In this document: positions 21,055 to 29,736 of the stretch, piece after piece
Numbering within the stretch: the first letter of the stretch is position 1
How the letters are laid out: each line of letters starts with the position of its first letter
Assembly (NCBI GenBank): GCA_963782055.1
Contig: CAWAIF010000003.1
Coordinates: forward strand, 576,001 to 640,000
Reading direction: 5' to 3'
DNA from: an uncultured delta proteobacterium
GTDB lineage: Bacteria; Myxococcota_A; Polyangia; Polyangiales; Polyangiaceae
Length of the DNA: 64,000 bases
Made by a program: the position numbers and the translations under genes
Notes under the pieces: model-generated
Databases searched by the model: none
What the model was told of the DNA's origin: nothing
The model's input: only the letters and a program-made list of their open reading frames with translations

Positions 21055-22314
21055 TCAGAACTTCACGAAGTCGTCGGAGGTGAAAATCGTCCGGAGCAGG
21101 TGCTTGACCTTCATGCCGTTCGACTTGAAGTCCTGCAGGAGCGGGTCGGTGACCACCGTGGGGACGGTGGCGAGGTCGTTGACCACGTCGCCGCGAGACA
21201 TGGCGTAGTTCCACTCGCGGGTGACGATGCACCGCGCGACGTCGGGGTTGGCCGCGATGGCCTTGCCCAGGCTCGGCAGGTCGGTGACCGGCACGCCGCT
21301 GCGCCAGGCGAAGGTCTGCTGGCCCGCGGGGAGCCAGTCGTCGATCTGCGAGGTGGGGTTGCCCGCGGAGGGGGTCTGCACCTGGAACTTGGTCGCGTCG
21401 TAGCTGCCCTTGTCGTCGAAGTGGGCGAAGAGCGGCGCGATGTGGTTCAGCGTGGTGTGGCAGTTGGCGCAGATGACGGCCGAGGTGTCCTGGAAGTTGA
21501 TGCGCGCCTTGGGGGAGTTGTCGGCGCCGGTGATGCTGTTGAAGTCCCAGGGGCTCGTGTACGCGCCCAGGCCCATCGGCTTGGGGGTCTGCGTGAACTC
21601 GGCCGGCATCTTGGAGCAGACGAACGTCTCCTGGACGAAGCGCACGCGCCGGAAGGACATGTTGGCGTAGTACTGCGCCATCAGGCCCGGGTCGGTGAGC
21701 AGACCGGCGGTGGGCTGCGAGCCGGGGCAGCTCGCGTCCTGGAACGCGCCGCTCGAGTACGTCGGGCAGGTGGCGGCGGAGGCGGTGAAGAGGTCGGTGT
21801 AGGGCCGGTCGTTCACCACGACCTCGGCGGCGAAGGTGGCCGCCGCGTCGAAGTCGGGCATGCCCTTGCCCGTCGGCATCCCTGCGGCGCCCGTCTTCAG
21901 CGTGTCGCGCCACCACTGGATCTGCTTGTCGGTGAAGCGCGGGTCGGCGAGCAGCGCGTCGATCTTCGCCTCGTAGGTCGCCTTCGGGTCCTGCGCGGAG
22001 GCGATGGCCTGGATGTCGGCCAGGTTGGGGAGCTCACCCACCAGCTTGAGGCTGGCGGTGCGGAGCGCCTCGCCGTAGTCCACCTTGCGGTTGTCCAGGT
22101 TGCCGGTGTCGCCGGCGCCACCCGTCCCGCCGGCGCTGCCCGCGGGCGGCGGTGTGCCGCCCGGGCCAGGGCTGTTCGGGTCCTGGCCCGTGGCCGGCCC
22201 GACGCCCGGGTCGTACGTCCCGTCCAGCACGTTGGGGTTCGAGTTGCCGCACGCCGAGACCGCGACCGCGAGGCCGACCGCTGCAAGGCCGTACGCGAGT
22301 TTGCTCTGTCGCAT
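21055..22314 (-). CDS. Heme c lipoprotein with DUF1549/DUF1585-like domains
   Basis: Lipobox VSAC; L.G.LP...KID.LLADPRF; CANCH; C-terminal ARC...YAM.R...F...LLRTIFTSDDF. Confidence 0.78.
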   Translation of the reverse strand: MRQSKLAYGLAAVGLAVAVSACGNSNPNVLDGTYDPGVGPATGQDPNSPGPGGTPPPAGSAGGTGGAGDTGNLDNRKVDYGEALRTASLKLVGELPNLADIQAIASAQDPKATYEAKIDALLADPRFTDKQIQWWRDTLKTGAAGMPTGKGMPDFDAAATFAAEVVVNDRPYTDLFTASAATCPTYSSGAFQDASCPGSQPTAGLLTDPGLMAQYYANMSFRRVRFVQETFVCSKMPAEFTQTPKPMGLGAYTSPWDFNSITGADNSPKARINFQDTSAVICANCHTTLNHIAPLFAHFDDKGSYDATKFQVQTPSAGNPTSQIDDWLPAGQQTFAWRSGVPVTDLPSLGKAIAANPDVARCIVTREWNYAMSRGDVVNDLATVPTVVTDPLLQDFKSNGMKVKHLLRTIFTSDDFVKF

Positions 22315-22352
22315 CGTCTCCCTTCCTTTCCCGTCTCGTCGTCCCATCGGAA

Positions 22353-23528
22353 TCACTCTTTGTTCACCCACGTGAGGATGTTCTGGTAACCGGTCGAGTT
22401 GGTGCTGCCGAAGACCTGCACCGGGTGGTTCACCTGCTTCAGCGGCGCGAGCAGGATGTTGCTCTGCGTCTTGTTGGCGGTGTTCACCTGGGTCCGCGCC
22501 TGGGTGCAGGCGGTGTTGTAGTCGGGGCTGCCGCCGGTGAGCTTGGTCAGGTCCAGCGCGGAGGTGGCCTGCGAGTTGTTGCCGCCGTGGCAGCTCGTGC
22601 ACGAGTTCATCAGCGTGGGGGCGGCGCTCGCCTTGAACGTGCCGACGTCCTTGCACGTGGTGCCCTGCTGCACGCCGCCGTCCCCGCCGCCGCCGCCGCC
22701 GGTGGACGACTCGATCTTCTGGAAGCCGATCTTCAGCTTGGCGCCGGCCTTCCAGTCGAAGAAGTAGAACACCGGGGCGATCTCGGCGGACTGGCCGGCG
22801 GCCACGGTGAGGTCCAGCGTAGAGTAGTCGGTGTTGTCCACCGGCGGGTCGGTGTCCGGCACCATCGTGAAGACGGGCGAGACGATGTGGACGCCGGCAC
22901 CCGCGGGCGCCACCAGCTGCACGTTGTCGAACTTCAGCGTGGTGCCGAGCTGCGTGGCGGTGAAGGTGATCTTGGCGCCTGCGACGCCCGCCTTGGTCAG
23001 GTCCACGCTGCCGGACATCGGGTCGACCGGGTCGCTCGCGGGCAGCGGGATGGCGGCGATGTCCAGGGCCTCCGCGGTGAGCCAGGTGGTCACCTTCTGG
23101 GCGAGGTCGGCGTTGTTGGCGTCGACGAGGCTGGAAGAGGGGTGGTCGGAGGGGCGGCCGAGGAGCTTGCTCGCGTAGACGTCAGCGACGACGAAGCCCG
23201 GGTAGGCCTTGATGGTCTTGTAGGTGTCGGGGCCCTCGAGCCACTTCGGCGCGTTGTTGGCGCCGGTCGAGTGGCAGCTCCCGCAGGCCTTCACCAGGTC
23301 GGGCTCCAGGTCGCGGTACAGCCTCTCCGCCAGGGGGGGCTGCGGGCCGCCGTCGGCGTTGTAGGTCGGGCCGCCACCGCCGTTGCCCCAGCCGCCGCCG
23401 CCGCTGCCGTTGTCGGTGAAGTCCCCGCCACCGAGGAGGCTGTTGCCGGACGGGCCGCACGCCACCGCGGCGCCGGCGCAGAGGGCGACTCCCCCCAGCA
23501 GGGCGGCGAGCTTTGCGGTTGCGTTCAT
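22353..23528 (-). CDS. Diheme c-type cytochrome lipoprotein with two related heme domains
   Basis: Lipobox AVAC; CGSCH and CTSCH; Gly-rich linkers and a central beta-rich domain. Confidence 0.82.
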   Translation of the reverse strand: MNATAKLAALLGGVALCAGAAVACGPSGNSLLGGGDFTDNGSGGGGWGNGGGGPTYNADGGPQPPLAERLYRDLEPDLVKACGSCHSTGANNAPKWLEGPDTYKTIKAYPGFVVADVYASKLLGRPSDHPSSSLVDANNADLAQKVTTWLTAEALDIAAIPLPASDPVDPMSGSVDLTKAGVAGAKITFTATQLGTTLKFDNVQLVAPAGAGVHIVSPVFTMVPDTDPPVDNTDYSTLDLTVAAGQSAEIAPVFYFFDWKAGAKLKIGFQKIESSTGGGGGGDGGVQQGTTCKDVGTFKASAAPTLMNSCTSCHGGNNSQATSALDLTKLTGGSPDYNTACTQARTQVNTANKTQSNILLAPLKQVNHPVQVFGSTNSTGYQNILTWVNKE

Positions 23529-23552
23529 GACCAGCCTCACGCTGACCTCTAA

Positions 23553-23568
23553 TGCACGGCTGGGGCCA
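23553..23568 (-). promoter_or_regulatory. Putative sigma54 -24/-12 promoter
   Basis: Minus strand TGGCCCCAGCCGTGCA has GG-N10-GC spacing, 25 nt upstream of ATG 23528; GATGTCG direct repeat at 23680/23690 further upstream. Confidence 0.5.
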
Positions 23569-23818
23569 AGGATCAGGCGCTTGAAATCACTGAGAAAATG
23601 GCGTGCCTACATGTGGGCTCCTGGGTCGGGTGGATCACCCATGACTCGCCCTTTCGGTCCATCCCCTCCCAAGACCGGAGATGTCGCATGATGTCGGACA
23701 GTTGGGCGCCCGCACCCCTCTGGGGGTCCACCCCCCAGCTCGTTGGGCGCGTCCGATTGTCAGCCTGCTAGCGATCGAACGAGGGCGCGTGGGGCTGGTG
23801 GGGATGCCCGGCGGCCCG

Positions 23819-25324
23819 TCACTGCCCGGTCGTGCGGGCGCGGAGCAAGCGGGCCGCTTCGGGGTATGCCGCGTTGTCCGGGTACGCCTTCGCCAGCTTC
23901 TCGTAGGCGTCTGCCGCCTCGACGTAGTGCCCGGAGGCGGCCAGGTCGGCGGCCTCGCGCTCCAGCGTCATCTGGCCGGGCTTGAGTTGCTTGTGGTGGG
24001 TCGGCTCGGGGGGCGGCGTGGTGGCGGTGGTCGTCGTCGTCGCGACGACTGGAGGAGCGGTCTCGGTGTCGGACGGCGCGGGGCCTCCGGAGACCACCTC
24101 GGTCGGCGCGGAGCTGGCGCTGGGGGCAGCGCTCGCCGAGCTGCTGGCGCTCGCGCTGGCGACCGGCTTGCTGCGGTGGTGCCGCACCGGCTGGGGGCCA
24201 GGGTCGGTGAGCAGGATGTACGCGCACACCGCGACGCCCGGGAAGGTGCCGATGATGATCTTGCGGGGAATGGACATCTGGTTCCATTCCGACTTGGTCC
24301 GGGCCCAGAGGGCCTTGATCGACTTGTCGTCCGCGGCGGGAGTCTGGATGCGGCCGGTGGGGGGCCCGGGCTGGGCGGCGCCGGGGTTGTAGCCCGGCGG
24401 CATGCCCTGCATGGGCATCCCCTGTGGCATGCCCTGCATGGGCATCCCCTGCATCCCCTGCATGGGCATCCCCGGCGGCATGCCCTGCATGGGCATCCCC
24501 TGTGGCATGCCTGGCTGCATCCCGGGCATGCCTGGCTGCATCCCGGGCTGTTGCATCCCGGGCATCCCGGGTTGCATCCCGTCCTGCGGGTAGCCGTACT
24601 GGCCCGGTGCCGGCGTCATGGCCACCTGGACGCTCCCGTACGCCTGGTAGGTCGCCTGGGGGGGCGGGGGCGCGGGCGCCTGCGGCGGCGCGCCGACCGT
24701 GGTGCTGGAGGGTGGGGGCAGATTGGGGGAGGGCGGAGCGAAGTAGGGGTTAGCGGCCGGGGCCCCGGCCGCCGGACGCGCCTTGGGGATGGGCGCCGCG
24801 GGCGCGCGCTTGGGCTCGAGCGGAGCTACCAGGGTGGGATTGGGGTCTCGCGTCAGCGGAGCGAAGCGGGTCGACTCGTCGTCGAGCTGCTGCCGGTTGG
24901 AGAACGCGCCCGCTCCCGGACGGAAGGCAGGCGGCCCTGGCGGAACCTTGATGGGCGCCGCGATGGTCTTGTCGTCCTCGTCCAGCATGTCGGCGTCGAG
25001 CTCTTCCTCGAGCGTCCGGTAGACGAGCCGCGCGCGGCCGAGCTCGATCGTGCAGGGGATCTCCAGCTGCTGCCACTGCGGGCCGATCGCCTGACCATTG
25101 CCCTTGGCCGGGTTGCCCGGGTCGGCGCTCTGCATGAAGAGCACACGTCCGTCGAAGTAGACGTAGGCGTGGACGTCCAGCACGCCCGGCGCATCCAGCG
25201 GCCACATCCCCGAGCGACCCACGCTCGTCGGCGACACGACCTCGCCCGGTTTGAGCTCGAGGATCGGACGCTGGGAGGTGCCGGCGCGCACCTCCACCAC
25301 TCGGACGGCTGTGGCTTCAGGCAT
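23819..25324 (-). CDS. FHA-like domain protein with P/Q/M/G-rich linker, one TM and a C-terminal TPR-like domain
   Basis: N-terminal SVGR...VHA.V.FDG fold pattern; GMPMQ repeats; TM IIIGTFPGVAVCAYILL; AADAYEKLAKAYP; start 25324 or 25357. Confidence 0.75.
   Translation of the reverse strand: MPEATAVRVVEVRAGTSQRPILELKPGEVVSPTSVGRSGMWPLDAPGVLDVHAYVYFDGRVLFMQSADPGNPAKGNGQAIGPQWQQLEIPCTIELGRARLVYRTLEEELDADMLDEDDKTIAAPIKVPPGPPAFRPGAGAFSNRQQLDDESTRFAPLTRDPNPTLVAPLEPKRAPAAPIPKARPAAGAPAANPYFAPPSPNLPPPSSTTVGAPPQAPAPPPPQATYQAYGSVQVAMTPAPGQYGYPQDGMQPGMPGMQQPGMQPGMPGMQPGMPQGMPMQGMPPGMPMQGMQGMPMQGMPQGMPMQGMPPGYNPGAAQPGPPTGRIQTPAADDKSIKALWARTKSEWNQMSIPRKIIIGTFPGVAVCAYILLTDPGPQPVRHHRSKPVASASASSSASAAPSASSAPTEVVSGGPAPSDTETAPPVVATTTTTATTPPPEPTHHKQLKPGQMTLEREAADLAASGHYVEAADAYEKLAKAYPDNAAYPEAARLLRARTTGQ
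24399..24580. repeat. Degenerate coding tandem repeat (GMPMQ/GMQP units)
   Basis: Recurrent catgccctgcatgggcatccc and gcatcccggg units inside the CDS. Confidence 0.85.
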
Positions 25325-26462
25325 GGGTTGACTGGACTGGACCCCGCTTGGCAGCATCGTACATCGACGCCGGAAGGTCCAGCCCGTGCTCGTGCACCTG
25401 CTCGAGGGCTCTCGGGAGAATTCCCGATGGAACGAACGTGCTGAGCACCTCTCCCTTGGGTCCGAGACCTTGATACTGACGGACGAAGACGTCCTGCACC
25501 TGGTAGGTCTCGGTCTGTAGATCGAAGCCGAGCACCTCGGTGATGTGGGTGATCTTGCGCGAGCCGTCCTGCAGGCGTGACGTCTGCACGATCAGGTTGA
25601 CCGCGCTGGCGAGCTGGATGCGCATGGCGAGCAGCGGCATGTCGACGTCGCTCATCATGGCCATCGTCTCCAGGCGCGAGAGCGTGTCGCGGGGGTAGGT
25701 GGCGTGGAGCGTGGAGAGGCAGCCGCCGTGGCCAGAGGTCATCGCCTGGATGAGGTCGAGCGCCTCGCCGCCGCGGATCTCCCCGACGACGATGCGGTCC
25801 GGCCGCATGCGGAGCGTGGCGCGGAAGAGGTCGCGGATGCCGACCTCGCCGCGGCCCTTCGGGTCCGGCGGGCGCGCCTCCAGCTGCACGACGTGATCGC
25901 GCTGGAGCTGGAGCTCGCGCGAGTCCTCGATGACGACCACACGCTCGCCGTTGGGAATGAAGGAGGAGAGGGCGTTGAGCATCGAGGTCTTCCCCGAGCC
26001 GGTGCCGCCCGCCACGAGGATGTTGAGCTTGGAGGCGACGAGCGCATGGAGCGCCGCCGCCGAGTCGTCGGTCATGGCGCCGAAGCCGATGAGGCGCTCG
26101 ACGGTGAGCGTCTCCTTGAAGAATCGGCGGATGGAGACGTGCGGTCCGTCCGGCGCCGCGGGTGGGAGCACCGCCTCCACGCGGGAGCCGTCGGGGAGGC
26201 GGCCTTCCAGGATGGGTCGCATCTCGTCCACGTGCTTGCCGACGAACTGCGCCATGTTGCGCAGCGCCGCGGTGAGCGCCTCGCGGCTCTCGAACTTGAC
26301 CGGAATGAGCTCCAGCTTGCCCTTGCGCTCGACGTAGATCTGGTTCGGGCCGTTGATCATCACCTCGCTCACCGCGGGGTCCTCGAGGTAGGCGCGCACC
26401 GGCCCCAAAAACTGAAGGATGGTCTCTTCGAAGACTTCTTTGGGGATGATGTTGGTGCTCAT
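25317..26462 (-). CDS. cpaF: CpaF/TadA-family pilus ATPase (second copy, no FHA domain)
   Basis: [38 protein letters not shown]. Confidence 0.93.
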   Translation of the reverse strand: MSTNIIPKEVFEETILQFLGPVRAYLEDPAVSEVMINGPNQIYVERKGKLELIPVKFESREALTAALRNMAQFVGKHVDEMRPILEGRLPDGSRVEAVLPPAAPDGPHVSIRRFFKETLTVERLIGFGAMTDDSAAALHALVASKLNILVAGGTGSGKTSMLNALSSFIPNGERVVVIEDSRELQLQRDHVVQLEARPPDPKGRGEVGIRDLFRATLRMRPDRIVVGEIRGGEALDLIQAMTSGHGGCLSTLHATYPRDTLSRLETMAMMSDVDMPLLAMRIQLASAVNLIVQTSRLQDGSRKITHITEVLGFDLQTETYQVQDVFVRQYQGLGPKGEVLSTFVPSGILPRALEQVHEHGLDLPASMYDAAKRGPVQSTHA

Positions 26463-27061
26463 GGGACTTCCTTCAGTAGTGAAGCACGTGCTTCGTCGGC
26501 GTGCTCGCCCGATGGCGCGAGGCGCAGGTACTCGCGGAACTGGCCGTCGGCCCCCACCGCATCCTTGAGCTCGTCGCGCAGCAGCACGGCGAGCGCCCAG
26601 TGCGGGTCAGCCTTGTCCGGCTCTGCCGCGACCACCCACTCCAGCTCGCTGCGCGCGCGGGCAGAGTCGCCCACGGCCGAGTACAGCGTGCCGAGCAGGA
26701 AGCGCGTCTTGACGTCGCTCGGGTGCTTCTGGACGTACGGCTCGGCGTACTGGATGGCCGAGCGGTAGCGGCCGTCGTGCACGCACACCCCGATGAGCAG
26801 CGGCACGATGGTCTTCTCGTCGCCGCCGCGGGACATCGCCGCGGCGAGGTACTCCTCCGCGCGCGTGGTGTCGCCGACCGAAGCGTACGCCTTGCCGGCC
26901 GCGAAGAGCTTCTCCGGCGTCTCCTCGCGGCGCATCGTCTCGACCGCCTTGGCGGGGTCCGCGTGGTGCGCGGGGGCCCCGCACGCGGTCAGGCCCGCCA
27001 GCGCGAGCGCCGCGACGGATCCCCGGAGTCTCCCGGTCCTGGCGGTTCCTGGACGAGACAT
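26459..27061 (-). CDS. TPR lipoprotein (TadD/pilotin-like)
   Basis: Lipobox LTAC, TPR helices, EYLRLAP.G; lies within the Tad operon. Confidence 0.75.
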   Translation of the reverse strand: MSRPGTARTGRLRGSVAALALAGLTACGAPAHHADPAKAVETMRREETPEKLFAAGKAYASVGDTTRAEEYLAAAMSRGGDEKTIVPLLIGVCVHDGRYRSAIQYAEPYVQKHPSDVKTRFLLGTLYSAVGDSARARSELEWVVAAEPDKADPHWALAVLLRDELKDAVGADGQFREYLRLAPSGEHADEARASLLKEVP

Positions 27062-27065
27062 CCCC

Positions 27066-27926
27066 TCACGAAGGCGCGCGCCCAAGCTTCTGCTTGAGCT
27101 CGCGGTCGAGGGCGTGCAGGTAGTCGATGTAGGGGCCCTGCTTGTCGGCGAGGAGCTCGAGGAGCGTCTTCACCTCCTTGCGGGCCGTCTCCATGTCCTT
27201 GACGGTGAGGGCGTGCTGCAACCGCATGCGCCGCGTGCGGTAGTCGTCGTCCATCTCGGCGCGCAGCTCCTTGGCGGCGTCCTGCGACTGGGTGGCGCTG
27301 GTCTTGTCGCCGCCCTTCTCGTAGCAGGCGGCCGCCTGCTCGTAGAGCGGCACGGCGTCGACACCGTCGCGGACGTGGAACATGCGCCGCTCGCGCTTGG
27401 AGTCGGCCATGATGCGCTTCTCGTTCGCCAGGTTCACCGCCTGCTCGCCGGACTTGGCGCACGTCGTCGGCGCGGGCTCCCAGAGCTTCGGCGCGTCCTT
27501 CGGCTCCGGCATCCCCTGCTCCTGGTCGGCGAAGAGGAGGGTGTACGCGCCGAACGCCACCGCGACGAGCGCCGCGAGGATGAGCATCGGGTTGGTCTTC
27601 TGCTTCGGCTTGGAGGAGACGTTGACGCCCTCGCCCACCAGCGAGACCAGCATCTGCGTGCCGGTCACGCCCAGCACGGCGTCCGGCGGCAGCGGCGCCT
27701 GCTGGAAGGGGACGTTGGCGATCGTCGGCTGAGGCTCGAAGCTGAGCGCCTGGGCGAAGACGCCGCCGGCGCCGACGGTGATCAGGATGTGCTCCACCTG
27801 GGCCTGGTCGATCGGGAGGCGAATCTCGCAGTGCGCGCCGCTGCCGATGAGGGCGCGCTCCGCCTCGACGGTGACCTGCTCCTGGCGGCCGTTGGCGTGC
27901 TGGATCTGGAAGCGCAGGATGCTCAC
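27066..27926 (-). CDS. Degenerate FHA-domain membrane protein with periplasmic helical domain
   Basis: LIGSGAHCEIRL...EH; single TM; C-terminal helical region. Confidence 0.75.
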   Translation of the reverse strand: MSILRFQIQHANGRQEQVTVEAERALIGSGAHCEIRLPIDQAQVEHILITVGAGGVFAQALSFEPQPTIANVPFQQAPLPPDAVLGVTGTQMLVSLVGEGVNVSSKPKQKTNPMLILAALVAVAFGAYTLLFADQEQGMPEPKDAPKLWEPAPTTCAKSGEQAVNLANEKRIMADSKRERRMFHVRDGVDAVPLYEQAAACYEKGGDKTSATQSQDAAKELRAEMDDDYRTRRMRLQHALTVKDMETARKEVKTLLELLADKQGPYIDYLHALDRELKQKLGRAPS

Positions 27927-27939
27927 GGGGCCTCTAGGG

Positions 27940-28836
27940 TTACATGGCGGACATCTTGAGCGCCATGGGCGCCATGATCAGCGCCATGATGCTCGCGAAC
28001 ACGAGGACGAGGGGGCCGGTCATCGCCACGCCGGCCTTGGCGGCCATCTCCTCGGCGCGGACCGAGCGGCGCGTGCGCGAGGAGGTGGCCTGGATCTGCA
28101 GGACGTCGGCGACGGGGTTGCCGCGCTCCTCCGCCTGGATGAGCGCACCGGTGAACTCCTTCACGGCCTCCACCGGGCAGCGCCGGGTGAACTCCAGCAG
28201 CGCCTCCTTGCGGGTGCGGCCGAGGTTGAGCGTCTGCAGGATGAGGGTGAACTCCTCGACGATGGGGTCGTTCGGGTTGGAGGACTTCTCCACGACCTGC
28301 CGGACGGCGCCGGGGAAGTCGAGGCCGGCGCCCATCGCGAGGGCCATGAGGTCGATGACGTACGGGAGGCCGCGGCTGATGTTCTTCAGCCGCTCCTGGC
28401 CGGCGCCGCTGATCTGCATGTACGGGGCGATGGCGCCGATCGGCGTCATGATCAAGGGGATGGTGTAGTTGTCCATGATCGCCCCGAACACGAGGCCGCC
28501 CCCGAGCGCCGCGAAGGCGGACAGGATGCACAGGGCGAGGTACTCGTCGGTGGTGATGCCGAGGTAGTCGCCGGCGAGGGTGATCTGGTCGTCGAGCTTG
28601 TTGCGCTTGTCCTCCGGCAGGAGGCCGCTCACGCGCACGCCCAGCCAGCGCACGAGAGGCTCGACGCTCGGCCACAAGCCCGGCTCCGCGAGCGCGCGCT
28701 GGCGCTTGAGGCCTCGCAGGCCCAGGCGGCTCGCGATGCGCGTCGGGGCGCTGACGACCGCGTACACCGCGAGGAAGAACGAGATGGCGAAGGCCGCCAG
28801 GCAGACGATCTTGACGATTTGAGAACGCAGCTCCAT
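27940..28836 (-). CDS. tadC: TadC-like T2SS-F family platform protein
   Basis: LPYVIDLMALAMGAGLDF, G.TRKEAL, QAEERG, AEEMAAKA. Confidence 0.92.
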   Translation of the reverse strand: MELRSQIVKIVCLAAFAISFFLAVYAVVSAPTRIASRLGLRGLKRQRALAEPGLWPSVEPLVRWLGVRVSGLLPEDKRNKLDDQITLAGDYLGITTDEYLALCILSAFAALGGGLVFGAIMDNYTIPLIMTPIGAIAPYMQISGAGQERLKNISRGLPYVIDLMALAMGAGLDFPGAVRQVVEKSSNPNDPIVEEFTLILQTLNLGRTRKEALLEFTRRCPVEAVKEFTGALIQAEERGNPVADVLQIQATSSRTRRSVRAEEMAAKAGVAMTGPLVLVFASIMALIMAPMALKMSAM

Positions 28837-28844
28837 GGCCTACC

Positions 28845-29714
28845 TCAGATGTCCACGCTCAGGATCTTGCGTGCCCACAGCAACGCGCTCACCCAGCAGC
28901 CCACAGCCATCGCCACCACCATGTAGCCCGACACCGTGTGCTGGAGGACGTCGAAGAACCCCGGCGACGCGATCGTGAGCATGATCACGAGCACGAAGGG
29001 CAGCAGCGCGATGACCCAGAGCTGCATCTTGCCCTCGGCCGTCTTGGTGCGGATGACGCCCTCCAGGCGGCCCATCTCGCGGATGGACGCTGCGGTGGAC
29101 TCGAGCACCTTGGAGAGGTTGCCGCCGACCTGCCGGCCGATGAGCACCGCGGAGAGGGCGGAGTCGACCTGGCGGCTGCCGATGCGCGCCGCCATGTGGA
29201 GCAGCGCCTGATCGAGGCTGCTGCCGACCTTCATCTCCTTGGTCGCGAGCTCCACCTCTTCCCGGATGGGGCTCTGGAGGATGGGGACGACCGAGTTGAA
29301 GGCCGCGCTGATGCTGGGGATCGCCTTGAGGGCGTTCGCCAGCGCGAGGAGGAAGCCGTCGACCTGCTTTTCGATGGCGGTCAGGCGCTTCTTGCGCATG
29401 GACTCGATCTGCATGACCGGCAGCCCCAGCACCACGACGAGCCACACCGGGAAGACGGGCAGGTCGATGATGGCGATGTCGACGAACAGGAGCGCGAACA
29501 CGGCACCGAGCTGGCCGAGGGCGATGGCGCGCCCCGGCGTGAAGATGAACATGGGCCGGAGCTTGCGCTCGAGGGAGGACGTGTAGCGGGCCCAGTACCG
29601 GTAGACCAGGCTGTCGCGATCCCCGAACGAGACGTAGATGGCCATGAAGGTGGCGAGACCGATGAGGCCGACGCCGCCCCACTTGAGGGCCATGCGCATC
29701 ACGGTGCCGTGCAC
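28845..29714 (-). CDS. tadB: TadB-like T2SS-F family platform protein
   Basis: LANALKA, G.SLDQAL, VGGNL, TAEGKMQ. Confidence 0.92.
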   Translation of the reverse strand: MHGTVMRMALKWGGVGLIGLATFMAIYVSFGDRDSLVYRYWARYTSSLERKLRPMFIFTPGRAIALGQLGAVFALLFVDIAIIDLPVFPVWLVVVLGLPVMQIESMRKKRLTAIEKQVDGFLLALANALKAIPSISAAFNSVVPILQSPIREEVELATKEMKVGSSLDQALLHMAARIGSRQVDSALSAVLIGRQVGGNLSKVLESTAASIREMGRLEGVIRTKTAEGKMQLWVIALLPFVLVIMLTIASPGFFDVLQHTVSGYMVVAMAVGCWVSALLWARKILSVDI

Positions 29715-29736
29715 GGATGCCTCCTTCTGCTCGTGA

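Noticed and set aside
24399..24580. Repeat tract considered as a CRISPR array
   Set aside because: The units are short, degenerate and in frame, with no unique spacers and no cas genes. It encodes a low-complexity linker.
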